A stretch of DNA of 64,000 nt from a virus (lineage: Duplodnaviria; Caudoviricetes), in IMG/VR virus record IMGVR_UViG_3300029818_000001, positions 10,576-74,575 of that record; one strand, given 5' to 3'. Positions within the stretch are counted from its first letter, which is position 1; every line of letters starts with the position of its first letter. Below are positions 18,724-28,581 of this stretch, one piece after another. Under the pieces are notes generated by a model that saw only the letters and a list, made by a program, of their open reading frames with translations, was not told where the DNA came from and ran no database searches. A program made the position numbers and the translations under genes.

Positions 18724-21700
18724 GTGTAAGTCAGGTTATCGGGTCGGGCGGCGGCTGCTTTAGAAAAGGCACTCAGATTCAGCTAGAGCACGGTAAGACT
18801 GTCGCTATCGATAGTCTAAAAGAAGGCGATGAAGTCCTGGCGTTTGACGAGGCTGGAGACATTCATGTCGCAAAAGTTATCAAGCTACATATCCACGAAG
18901 AGCCGCAGCCTATTCTCAGAGTCAAATTTTGGCGGGGTGAGATATTCGTTACGCCAAATCATTGGGTTTTAAATCAATTCTGCTCTTTCGTGGAAATGAG
19001 CACATTGTCTATCGATGACGCGCTCGTTGACAGCATGGGGCATTTGAGACCCATCATAGAGATGGAGCATGTGGGTTTTGAAGAAGTCTACAACTTAACG
19101 GTTGAGCCGCATCACACCTTTATTGCAGATGGTGTTCGAGTTCACAACGGCGGTCATAGAGAGCGATATCCCGAAGTTAAGGGCGCTGGCGGAGGCTCCA
19201 AAAGCACAGGTGGTCGCGTCGCTGTCGAAGCAAGAGACACATTACGCTCTCACGCGCAGGTCTCTCTGATCGATCTGCTCGGAGAGGGCGAGATTGGCGG
19301 TCTAGTAGACGGAGCAAAGTCAATATTCTTGGACGATACGCCTCTGATGAGCGCATCGGGCGGATACAATTTCACCAACGTGGAGTGGGATTTTAGGCCG
19401 GGAACGCCAAATCAATCAATCATTCCAAACTTTTCAGACGTTGGAACTCCGGTTGTTGCGAGTCATGCGCTGACGACATCGGCGCCCTATACATTTACCG
19501 TTAGCAATCCGAATGTAGATAGAGTTCGAATCGTTATGAATGTTTTGTCGCTAATGCGGCAAGACCCAGCGACAGGCGATATAAATGGAGCGCAGGTTAA
19601 ATATCAATTCGCCATGTCTGTCGATGGCGGGCCAATGTCAGTCATCGGTGACGATATAACCATTAAAGGTAAGACTCGATCGAAGTATCAGCGCGCTCAT
19701 CTTATTGATCTGCCCAAGCCTGGCTCGACATGGACGATACAGGTCAGAAGACTGACAGCCGACTCGTCATCTTCGGCGCTCTCTAACGCCACTCAAGTAG
19801 ATAGCTATGTAGAGATTACCGATGTAAAGCTGAATTATCCAAACTCAGCTTTGGTTTCGATGGCATTCGACCCCGAGTCATTCTCAAGAGTCCCAAGACG
19901 GTCGTATCTCGTCGATGGCGCTTATATTCAGGTTCCATCCAACTATGATCCTGTCACCAGAACTTACGCTGGAATTTGGAATGGCACTTTCAAGGTTGCG
20001 ATATCTAACAATCCGGCGTGGTGGCTTTATGAGTTGTTGGTCAATAAGCGAGTGGGGCTTGGCGACTACATCAGCTCAAATCAGGTCAACAAGGCAAAGC
20101 TTTATCTTGTCGGCAAGTATTGCGACGAGCTTGTGGATAATGGCTACGGCAGTCTTGAGCCGCGCTTCACCATCAATACGTCCATTCAAACCCGCGCAGA
20201 AGCCTATAAGCTGATTTCCGACATTGCGTCGGTGTTCAGAGGGATGGCATTTTGGGGTGGGGAGATGGTTGACTTCACCAACGATGCGCCAAGCCCTGGC
20301 GTTGGTATGGTGTTCTCTCAAGCCAACGTCGTTGACGGTCTATTTAATTATGTCGGGTCGTCAAGAAAAGACAGACATAGCGTTGTCTTGGTCACATGGA
20401 ACGATCCAGCCTCTAACTATAAGCAAAGAGTCGCCTATGTAGAAGATGCGGAGCTGATTCAAAAGATTGGCTATAAAAAGCTGGAGACTATCGCGTTCGG
20501 TTGCACAAGCGAGGCACAAGCTATCCGCGCGGGAAGATGGATTCTTTATACCGAGCGATACGAGACCAATTTGATTACCTTCAAGGTCGGCATGGATGCC
20601 GCCTTAGTAATGCCTGGTGAAGTCATCAGAATTCACGAGCCGACAAGAGCCGGGAAGCGCATGAGTGGTCGCATTAAAAGCGCAACCACAACATCAGTAA
20701 CGCTCGATGCTCCTGTTACTCTCGATACCTCAAATGCCACCATCAGCGTTAGATTACCCGATGGAACATTCGTAGATAGACAAGTCAATCAGGGAATAGG
20801 GAGTCATTCGGTATTAACTTGGACCAGCGCCTTATCTGTGGTTCCCAGTAAGATGGCTATGTTTGTGGTGTCGGAGACGAATCTCGTGCCGATGCTGGCC
20901 CGAGTTATCAACGTTAAGCCAGGCGAGGGCGATCAAAAACACACTTACGAAATTGCATGCGTAGAACATAATCCTACCAAATACAATGCGGTCGAGAGCA
21001 ACCTTCTTATCGAGCAGCCCCAAACCTCGATCGTGGACCCATTTAATGAAAACCCGACCAATATATCGATAGACGAGTCGACCTATTTTATCGCACCAGG
21101 CGTTATTGGCTCTAAGCTTCACATTTCATGGGAAGGTAAGGCTAAGTATTTTGAAGTCAGTTACCGCATCACTGTTGACGATGAGACTTCGAACTGGCAC
21201 ATAGAGACAATCACGGTCCCCTCTTACGAGATTCTAGGTCTGCGAGCCGGTTCGGTTGTGGACATCAGAGTTATTGCCGTTAGCAGCAAGGATGTCAGAT
21301 CACTACCGCTTGACGCAACCTACTCGATACTGGGTAAGACAGCCGCGCCTTCGCCGCCAACTAATCTGACCGCACAGCCGCAAGGCTCAAGGTCTGTTTT
21401 GTTACGATGGACGAATCCCGCCGACATAGATTTCGATCATGTCGAAATCTATATGAGTGTGCCAGCAGAGCCGGAGAATCCAGAAGATCCATTGAGTGTT
21501 CAGGCGGCGATAGATGCAGCCGACAATGGTCTATTGGCAGAGCGCATCGCTAGAACCTCTGGAGATACTTTTCTAGTTACCGGATTGCCGCCTCAAGCCG
21601 TAACTCGCTTTTTTTGGGCGAAGGCGGTTGACACATCGGGTAATAAGTCGCAATTTAACGCAATTCCAGGCACGTCGGCAAGCACCGAAGCAGAAGCCGA

Positions 21701-24700
21701 CTACATGGTTGCTCTTCTTGAGAATAAAATCGGCTCATCAACATTAAGTCAAGAGTTGGCCGAGAGAATCGACGGCGCAGGCGATTTGGGAATCGTGGTC
21801 CAAGCGCAGCAAGAAGTTATCGATGGCGTTCTTGGTAAATACACAGTCAAGATAGATCACAATGGCTACGTTTCCGGCTACGGTCTGATGAGTGAGGAGA
21901 ATGACGGCGCCATCATTTCTGAGTTCGCCGTCAGAGCGGATAGATTCTCAATAGGTAGCCCTTCTGGGTCAACTTCAGAACTTGCAACGCCATTTATGGT
22001 GTTAAGCACACCTACGGTAATTGACGGAACTACGTTTGATCCTGGCGTTTATATGAATAGCGCCATGATTACCAAACTCACAGCTTCGCAAATAGATACA
22101 AGAGGTCTGACGGTTAGAGGCGACGATGGCAGAATTATTCTAAGCACCGACGTTCCGCTCGATTACGAGACCGACGTAACCAATAAGCCGGAAATGATTA
22201 GCTTTCACGACACCTTTCAGTTTGGTCTGTCAAGCTCGTGGTTCGAAAGCCCAGACTCGATTAAAAATGGCGTATTCGGTGTAGAGGATAGCATCGGAGC
22301 GCTGTCTGGTGGGCGCGTTCTGAGAGTCGGCAACAACTCTGGCAACAACATGGTTTGGTTCGTGAATAGTCAAAAGTTCGCCTTTGACCATGGCGCACTT
22401 TATCAAATAAAGTGCCGAGTAAGGCGGCTCGCCGGAACGGGAAGTGTGTATGTTGGCTTGGTTGGCGTGGGCGCCGACGGCGTTACGCTCGTCAACAAAA
22501 ATGGCGCAAACGGCTTGGCCGATCAGCACTTTGTCGTAGCGTCTGGCGCCAATCCTGGCAATTCATGGGTTGAATATGTCGGCTACGTCAAAGGTGTCGC
22601 TCTTCAAGGAACCAGCGTGGCTGCGCCGTCGATAGAGTCACCAGGCGTTTTACATCAAAACGTGAGATTCGTTAGACCTGTGCTGATCGCGAATTATAGT
22701 AATCAGTCAGGCATTACAGAGTTTGACGTATTCTCGATGACGCAAATTACGGCAGACCTTAGCACTGGCGCATCGGTTAGATACATTTACAGCGAGTTCG
22801 CGACTCCACCTGCGCTACCACCTAGCGATCAGACAACTGGTTGGGATATTACGTCTAGCGAGTTCGCGATATGGGCGTCGCTTCAGATAAACACCACATC
22901 TCCGTCGGGCGTCATCACGGAATATGGACCCTGGGGGCAGCCCGTTAGAATCAAAGGAAACACGGGGCCAAGTGGTGCATCGGGTCAGGCGGTCGATATT
23001 ATTTTCAGACGGTCAGCTGGTCAGCCGGCTACGCCAAACTCAAGTCTAAATCTACCAAATCTTTGGCATACCGATGTTAATAGCGTTCCAAATGGGCCAA
23101 ACCCTTTGTGGTCGTGCGTTGGCAAAAGGTCTGACCCAGGGGCGAATTGGATTTGGGAGACTCCGGTTAAGATTAGCGGCGAGACGGTTGTCGAACTTCT
23201 GACATTTAGAAGATTCGCTTCTCAGCCCACTACGCCGACAGGGGGAACCTATAACGCAGCAACCAACGTATTCACGCCGCCTACCAATTGGTCTTCGTCG
23301 ATTCCATCTGGCACCGACCCTGTGTGGGTTTCGGTTGGTCTGGTGACAATTGGCGGCTCTGAGACGATAGGCACTCCTACTTGGTCTACAGCAGCCAAAG
23401 CGTTTCAAGATGGTCAAAGCGGGTTAAATGGAAGTAGAACGGCGATACTGGATATGTATCGATGGTCTGCTTCGCCTCCGACTTCATTTCCTTCTGGAAG
23501 TTCTACATACACCTGGGCAACCGCGCAATTTACAGCTCCGTCATCACCTAACGGCTGGTCTCTGACGCCGCCCAGTCCAGTTAGCGGTCATAATCTATAC
23601 ATTTGCCGCCAACTGTATTCTGATAATAATACAAGCAGCCAAACGACTATTGCTTGGACTGCCAATACAGCTCAAGCAATTGGCAAAGCGGGGTCGGATG
23701 GACAGCCTGGGCAGGATGCACAGTATGTTACGGTAAGCTCCGAGCAAGCCTTTAAGTATACAGGTGGCTCATCGACGCCAGTAAATACAACTATCATTAT
23801 GACCGCAACACTCTTCGGGGGCTTGAGTGGTTATCAATGGCAATATTGGAATGGGTCTTCATGGGCGAATTTTACCAGCAATACAGGTAGCACATATTCA
23901 CTCACTCACAACAATGCTGCGTGGGGGACAAGTCAAGCGCTTAGAGTCCGATGTTTATCTGGTGGTAAGTTTGACGAAACAACGATTGTCAAATTATATG
24001 ATGGGGAGTCTGGGGCACAAGGCTCAAATGCAAGAGTTGGCTTCTTAACCAACGAAAGTCACTCTGTTGCGACAAATAGCTTAGGCGGTGGGTATGCGTT
24101 GGGCTCGGCTGGTGGCTTTTTCAAAGTGTTTGACGGGACGAGCGATGTAAGTGGCTCGTCAGCATATACCGTATCTGGCGGCAGTGTCTCTGGCGGCAAT
24201 CACGTCAGAACGTTAAATGGTTTGACGATGACTATTAATCGAACCACGGGTCAGTATTCTCTATCTGGCTCGTCATGGTCATCGGACTCTCTTTCATTTG
24301 ACTTAGTTGCTATATATGGCGGCACCTCTATCGCCAAAACCTATACCATAGTCAAGGCAAAAGCTGGAGCAACCGGCGTCAGCATATCAGGCGTTGTGAA
24401 TAACTATCTGGCTTCATCAAGTAGCTCTGGCGTGACCACAGCGACGCCAGGCTGGACCACAACTGTTCAAACCATAACCGCTGTCAATAAGTTTTTGTGG
24501 AATTACGAAACCATAACTTACAGTAACGGCGCAACGACCGTGACAACGCCAACCATTATAGGCGTTCATGGTAGTGAAGGTAGAGGCATAACCAGCGTTT
24601 TGGAAGAGTATGCTGTCGGCAGCTCAAGTAGCACAGCGCCAACATCTTGGTCTACCACCTTACAGACTACAACCACAACAAATCGCTTCCTTTGGAACCG

Positions 24701-26486
24701 CGAAACCATAACCTACACTGACAGCACGACAAGTAGCGCTCAAAGAGTTATAGGGACTCATGGAGCTACGGGCACAAACGGCACAAACGGCGCAAACGGC
24801 ACAAGAACGGCCTTCTTAGAGCTTTACAAGTGGGCGGCGACTAAGCCGGCAAGCTCATTTCCTTCTGGAAGCTCCACTTACACCTGGGCAACCGGTGCAT
24901 TCACATTACCTTCTTCTCATAATGGTTGGACGCTTCTGCCGGGCGACGCTGTTCCTGGGCAAACACTCTGGGCAGTTGGGCAAGTGTATTCTGACAGCAA
25001 TACGACAGCTCAAAGTAACGTTACATGGTCGATAACTTCTTCAAAGGTTCACGCTGTGGGGGCCGCGGGAACCAATGGCACAAATGGTCAGGGTCAAGTT
25101 AAGTCCTTTGCGTTTAGGCGTCAGACATCGGCTCCAAGCACACCTACGGGCGGAACATTTAGTTCGCCTAATCCGACAACATCCGGCTGGTCCGACGGCA
25201 TTCCATCGGGGTCAAACCCTATTTGGGTAACTACGCGAATATTTACATCGGATGGGTTGTCGCCAGCGCAAGGCGCTTGGTCCACGCCTGTATTGTTTGC
25301 GCTGAATGGCGAAAGCGCTAACGGCGGCTCGGTAAGATATAAATTCAGCAGTAACGCCACTGCACCGGCGACAGGCACCGGCAGCAGCACATATCCGGGA
25401 TCGAACTGGACGATAAATGCATCGTCCAGCACTATATGGATGACGCAGCAAGTTAACGCAGTTAATCCCTCTGGCACGATCGTATCCCATGGAAATTGGT
25501 CTACGCCGGTCAAGATTAAGGGGGAAGATGGGCCGTCAGTGACGATTAACCCATCAAGAGCGGCGACATTTACCTCGACAGATGGCGTGTTGAACTCAGG
25601 GCAGACCTCGATCGTTTTTACAGCAGCAGTTTTTAATATAGCAAGTCCTTCATACGCTTGGTCGATTACGCGACAAGGCGGCTCAGGAACAACCCCAACA
25701 GCCTCAAGCAGCTCAAGCTACACAGTGACGGCGGCAAATATGGGAACCTCCAAGTCGGTAATTGTTACCTGCACGGTTAACGGCACCTACGTTGCCAAAA
25801 CGACCATAGCAACGCTAGATAGCTCCACAGCGGAGCCTAATGCGACAGCGGGTGCGACATTTACACCAGGTCAGCCAGGGACTATAGTGGGAACCATACC
25901 GAATCAGGCAGCATTTGATCTATATTTAGGCTCGGTAAAGATTAAAAGGTCGCACATAGATAATTTGACTGTGGATACTGCCGATATTGTGGACGGCGCA
26001 GTTAAGAATGCGAAGATAGATAATGCCGCCATCAACACGCTAAAAATCGCAGGCAATGCCGTCAGTTCGACGTTCTTCGTCTCTACTGACGACGCCTTTA
26101 ATCTGAATAGCAAATGGACAACCATAGCCTCAATAACGGTTGCGGTATCCGGCCTTGGCACGGGCGAAACAGCAAATGTTGATCTGCTGGGTATGGCTAA
26201 AACCCCATCGGCAATTCACACTCAGCTCGTCGGCAACGCAAATCAGGTTCTTCGCAGTGCGGCAAGGTTTCAAATGCGGATTCTCAGAGGCAGCACACTT
26301 GTCGCTCAAACCAGCTCTGACATATTGCGATCCACAGAAAACTCAGTAGGTGGCTCAGACAATGTTGCAAATGGCACATACACCTATCATCTTCAGATGA
26401 TAAGACACTGGACTCATCCAGAGAATTTTTATGGAGTCTATCGGGCGCGCGACGCTCACTTTACATTAAGGTTGACAAAGCGATGA
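18720..26486 (+). CDS. Tail tip/central fibre protein, lambda gpJ-like, with N-terminal Hint domain
   Basis: 2588 aa; IDLLGEGEIGG, YPNSAL, NPAW, EPRF, FN3-like PSPPTNL, KYTVKID...EFAVRADRFSI; long repetitive distal region. Confidence 0.93.
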   Translation: MSVSQVIGSGGGCFRKGTQIQLEHGKTVAIDSLKEGDEVLAFDEAGDIHVAKVIKLHIHEEPQPILRVKFWRGEIFVTPNHWVLNQFCSFVEMSTLSIDDALVDSMGHLRPIIEMEHVGFEEVYNLTVEPHHTFIADGVRVHNGGHRERYPEVKGAGGGSKSTGGRVAVEARDTLRSHAQVSLIDLLGEGEIGGLVDGAKSIFLDDTPLMSASGGYNFTNVEWDFRPGTPNQSIIPNFSDVGTPVVASHALTTSAPYTFTVSNPNVDRVRIVMNVLSLMRQDPATGDINGAQVKYQFAMSVDGGPMSVIGDDITIKGKTRSKYQRAHLIDLPKPGSTWTIQVRRLTADSSSSALSNATQVDSYVEITDVKLNYPNSALVSMAFDPESFSRVPRRSYLVDGAYIQVPSNYDPVTRTYAGIWNGTFKVAISNNPAWWLYELLVNKRVGLGDYISSNQVNKAKLYLVGKYCDELVDNGYGSLEPRFTINTSIQTRAEAYKLISDIASVFRGMAFWGGEMVDFTNDAPSPGVGMVFSQANVVDGLFNYVGSSRKDRHSVVLVTWNDPASNYKQRVAYVEDAELIQKIGYKKLETIAFGCTSEAQAIRAGRWILYTERYETNLITFKVGMDAALVMPGEVIRIHEPTRAGKRMSGRIKSATTTSVTLDAPVTLDTSNATISVRLPDGTFVDRQVNQGIGSHSVLTWTSALSVVPSKMAMFVVSETNLVPMLARVINVKPGEGDQKHTYEIACVEHNPTKYNAVESNLLIEQPQTSIVDPFNENPTNISIDESTYFIAPGVIGSKLHISWEGKAKYFEVSYRITVDDETSNWHIETITVPSYEILGLRAGSVVDIRVIAVSSKDVRSLPLDATYSILGKTAAPSPPTNLTAQPQGSRSVLLRWTNPADIDFDHVEIYMSVPAEPENPEDPLSVQAAIDAADNGLLAERIARTSGDTFLVTGLPPQAVTRFFWAKAVDTSGNKSQFNAIPGTSASTEAEADYMVALLENKIGSSTLSQELAERIDGAGDLGIVVQAQQEVIDGVLGKYTVKIDHNGYVSGYGLMSEENDGAIISEFAVRADRFSIGSPSGSTSELATPFMVLSTPTVIDGTTFDPGVYMNSAMITKLTASQIDTRGLTVRGDDGRIILSTDVPLDYETDVTNKPEMISFHDTFQFGLSSSWFESPDSIKNGVFGVEDSIGALSGGRVLRVGNNSGNNMVWFVNSQKFAFDHGALYQIKCRVRRLAGTGSVYVGLVGVGADGVTLVNKNGANGLADQHFVVASGANPGNSWVEYVGYVKGVALQGTSVAAPSIESPGVLHQNVRFVRPVLIANYSNQSGITEFDVFSMTQITADLSTGASVRYIYSEFATPPALPPSDQTTGWDITSSEFAIWASLQINTTSPSGVITEYGPWGQPVRIKGNTGPSGASGQAVDIIFRRSAGQPATPNSSLNLPNLWHTDVNSVPNGPNPLWSCVGKRSDPGANWIWETPVKISGETVVELLTFRRFASQPTTPTGGTYNAATNVFTPPTNWSSSIPSGTDPVWVSVGLVTIGGSETIGTPTWSTAAKAFQDGQSGLNGSRTAILDMYRWSASPPTSFPSGSSTYTWATAQFTAPSSPNGWSLTPPSPVSGHNLYICRQLYSDNNTSSQTTIAWTANTAQAIGKAGSDGQPGQDAQYVTVSSEQAFKYTGGSSTPVNTTIIMTATLFGGLSGYQWQYWNGSSWANFTSNTGSTYSLTHNNAAWGTSQALRVRCLSGGKFDETTIVKLYDGESGAQGSNARVGFLTNESHSVATNSLGGGYALGSAGGFFKVFDGTSDVSGSSAYTVSGGSVSGGNHVRTLNGLTMTINRTTGQYSLSGSSWSSDSLSFDLVAIYGGTSIAKTYTIVKAKAGATGVSISGVVNNYLASSSSSGVTTATPGWTTTVQTITAVNKFLWNYETITYSNGATTVTTPTIIGVHGSEGRGITSVLEEYAVGSSSSTAPTSWSTTLQTTTTTNRFLWNRETITYTDSTTSSAQRVIGTHGATGTNGTNGANGTRTAFLELYKWAATKPASSFPSGSSTYTWATGAFTLPSSHNGWTLLPGDAVPGQTLWAVGQVYSDSNTTAQSNVTWSITSSKVHAVGAAGTNGTNGQGQVKSFAFRRQTSAPSTPTGGTFSSPNPTTSGWSDGIPSGSNPIWVTTRIFTSDGLSPAQGAWSTPVLFALNGESANGGSVRYKFSSNATAPATGTGSSTYPGSNWTINASSSTIWMTQQVNAVNPSGTIVSHGNWSTPVKIKGEDGPSVTINPSRAATFTSTDGVLNSGQTSIVFTAAVFNIASPSYAWSITRQGGSGTTPTASSSSSYTVTAANMGTSKSVIVTCTVNGTYVAKTTIATLDSSTAEPNATAGATFTPGQPGTIVGTIPNQAAFDLYLGSVKIKRSHIDNLTVDTADIVDGAVKNAKIDNAAINTLKIAGNAVSSTFFVSTDDAFNLNSKWTTIASITVAVSGLGTGETANVDLLGMAKTPSAIHTQLVGNANQVLRSAARFQMRILRGSTLVAQTSSDILRSTENSVGGSDNVANGTYTYHLQMIRHWTHPENFYGVYRARDAHFTLRLTKR
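18756..19148 (+). other. 131-aa Hint (intein-like) domain without endonuclease, +1 residue Gly
   Basis: CFRKGTQI start, block B VTPNHW, block F VYNLTVE..HTFIADG, ends VHN followed by GG. Confidence 0.9.
23484..24894 (+). repeat. 40-bp near-identical in-frame direct repeat within J
   Basis: 23484-23523 vs 24855-24894, 37/40 identical, offset 1371 bp (457 codons). Confidence 0.8.
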
Positions 26487-27112
26487 ATATTAGAGCGGGA
26501 GTTTACAATCCTCAAACTGGTCAAATCATAAGGGTTGTCGGCTGCCCTGAGCAGCATTTAAATCTTCAAATTGACCACGAAACCGAGGCGGCATTAATAC
26601 TTACTGATGACATTGGCATGAAAACACACTATGTCAACGTTGATGCGTCGCCACACACTTTTGTCGCCATACCAGAAAGCCCCTCTGAGTTTCACGATTG
26701 GGACCCCATTGATAAGGCGTGGGTTTTGTCTGTTGAGCGTATGAGATTTGATCTGCTAGATCAGATAAGCTACCTCTTCATAATAAAGAAGCATTTGCCA
26801 ATATTGCACGATAGCAAAACGATGGATGCCGATCAAACGGCTATGGACAATATAGCCGGAAAGCTTAAAGAGATCGAAATCTTGGGTCTGAATTACCCGA
26901 CAGATATGCTTTTATGGCGTGACGCGAATAATGACAATCACAGTTGGCCCGACGTTGAGAGCTACAAAACCTTTCTGGAGGGTCTGGTAGTGGCGATATC
27001 ACAAAGAACTACGCGACTTTACTTAGATTCCTGGCAAAAAAAGGCCGAGATAGATGCATTAGATAGCCTCAACATAGCGTCTTACGATGTTGAGCAAGGG
27101 TGGTCCGCTTAG
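26483..27112 (+). CDS. Tail fibre assembly-like protein
   Basis: Overlaps the end of J; YVNV..HDWD..KAWV and WRDANN motifs typical of fibre chaperone-like proteins. Confidence 0.6.
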   Translation: MNIRAGVYNPQTGQIIRVVGCPEQHLNLQIDHETEAALILTDDIGMKTHYVNVDASPHTFVAIPESPSEFHDWDPIDKAWVLSVERMRFDLLDQISYLFIIKKHLPILHDSKTMDADQTAMDNIAGKLKEIEILGLNYPTDMLLWRDANNDNHSWPDVESYKTFLEGLVVAISQRTTRLYLDSWQKKAEIDALDSLNIASYDVEQGWSA

Positions 27113-27122
27113 TATAATAAGT

Positions 27123-27138
27123 AAGTAACCATTGACTT
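27123..27138. promoter_or_regulatory. Operator-like site
   Basis: AAGTAA-CCAT-TGACTT upstream of the holin-like gene. Confidence 0.6.
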
Positions 27139-27198
27139 ATTAATTAAATCACAGGTAAACTATGTATGACAACCAATCATCAAAACAAGGAAGAAGAG

Positions 27199-27531
27199 AT
27201 GCCGGGTGAACACCAAAACCACGTTGCTGTCAATACATGGCTGTGGTCAGACCGATTAATGTGGTCTGTAATTCTTATGTTCTTACTAGGCTCTGTAGCG
27301 AGAACTTTTGTTAGTAATGAGCCTTTTGATGTCAAGAAGTTTGTTGGCGAGATTATTTTTTCAGCAATTGGCGCTGTCATGATGTATTCAATGGGGCTAA
27401 TGCAGGGAATGAGCGAGGCGCAAATTGTTTGTTTCGGAGCGATGGCAAGTCTCGGCGGCATCAGAAGCTTCGAATGGTTTATTAAGATTGCCAAGAATGT
27501 CAAGGCGGCATCTTCGATCGGAGATAAGTAA
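27199..27531 (+). CDS. Holin-like membrane protein
   Basis: Small, 2-3 hydrophobic segments, basic C-terminus; ATG at 27199 preferred over 27166. Confidence 0.55.
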   Translation: MPGEHQNHVAVNTWLWSDRLMWSVILMFLLGSVARTFVSNEPFDVKKFVGEIIFSAIGAVMMYSMGLMQGMSEAQIVCFGAMASLGGIRSFEWFIKIAKNVKAASSIGDK

Positions 27532-27890
27532 TGACGGGCAAATTGGATCTGCCTGCAATCAAAAGAGGCTCCACATGGCGCTATTGGCTTCAGTGGTTAA
27601 GTCACGATGAAGAGCCTATTTTGTTGACCGGCTGTGACATAAACATGCAGATTCGCAGCAGCGTGGATAGCCCAGTCATACTTGTTGATCTGTCTCTAAC
27701 CAATGAAAGGATTACCAAAGTTGACGACACTGGCGAGATTTTTCTTCACATACCTCACACCATCACCTCATTCATAAATCGAAACATAGATTTTGGAGTT
27801 TATGATTTGGAGATAACACACCCAAGTGGCGAGGTTACAACCTTAATAGAGGGTAGTGTCGAATTCTCCAAGGAGGTGACGCGCAAATGA
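27531..27890 (+). CDS. BppU-like/baseplate-upper-like beta domain protein
   Basis: IKRGSTW, MQIR, GVYDLEI...LIEGSV pattern. Confidence 0.55.
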   Translation: MTGKLDLPAIKRGSTWRYWLQWLSHDEEPILLTGCDINMQIRSSVDSPVILVDLSLTNERITKVDDTGEIFLHIPHTITSFINRNIDFGVYDLEITHPSGEVTTLIEGSVEFSKEVTRK

Positions 27891-28105
27891 ATACCATAGT
27901 TTTATATCCGGTCAATAATGGCCCAGCCATTATAAAGACGGGAAAGCAGGGGCCGCCAGGCATCGGAGGCTCCGAGGTGACGCCAGAATTCATCGGTGCT
28001 TTATCGGTAACGGCGAGACTGGCTGAGTTCGACACAGATGAGAAGCGGGCGGCTGCTCGTGACAATATAGGACTTACCGTCATCGATGGCGGAGAATTTT
28101 TTTAA
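27887..28105 (+). CDS. Small fibre-associated protein
   Basis: GKQGPPG, ARDNIG, C-terminal IDGGEFF. Confidence 0.6.
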   Translation: MNTIVLYPVNNGPAIIKTGKQGPPGIGGSEVTPEFIGALSVTARLAEFDTDEKRAAARDNIGLTVIDGGEFF

Positions 28106-28123
28106 ATCAAGGAGAGATAAGTA

Positions 28124-28579
28124 ATGCCAACTATTAAAATCAAACGCGGCTTAAAGGCTAATTTACCCACTTCGGGAATGTCAGAGGGCGAGCCGCTTGT
28201 TACTACTGATCGCGGAACGCTACATATTGCCACTGGCGCAGCAACTAAGCTACCGGTTGTTCCTGCTGTTGACGATCTGACCACACTAGCGTCCATTGAC
28301 GGAGCAGCAGACCTGCTTTTGCTTCATGACGCAAGCGAGGCATCAGGTCAGAAAGAGAAGAAGATTACCTTCAACAACTTCAAGGCGGCGTTGAATATTC
28401 CCGAAGGCACAGCCGACGAGAAAGTCGCTGTGGTATCAGGCGGCACGAGTGGCTTCATCTGGGGAACGGATGGGACCGATGGCGTCTTGCGCATGAATAA
28501 CTCGATGAGTTGGACTAAGGACCCTGCTAACGGTTTTGTGACGCTTGCTGTCGCCATGGTTGATGGAGGTGTTTTCTAA
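28124..28579 (+). CDS. Fibre protein with Mtd-N/hyaluronidase-N-like module
   Basis: N-terminal IKIKRG...GEPLVTTD; C-terminal VDGGVF. Confidence 0.65.
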   Translation: MPTIKIKRGLKANLPTSGMSEGEPLVTTDRGTLHIATGAATKLPVVPAVDDLTTLASIDGAADLLLLHDASEASGQKEKKITFNNFKAALNIPEGTADEKVAVVSGGTSGFIWGTDGTDGVLRMNNSMSWTKDPANGFVTLAVAMVDGGVF

Positions 28580-28581
28580 TT

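Noticed and set aside
18756-19148. Calling the J Hint domain a standard mini-intein
   Set aside because: The +1 residue is Gly, so canonical splicing chemistry is unavailable.
23484-24894. Possible diversity-generating retroelement TR/VR pair in J
   Set aside because: Both copies are in-frame coding modules, mismatches are not adenine-specific, and there is no reverse transcriptase in the window.
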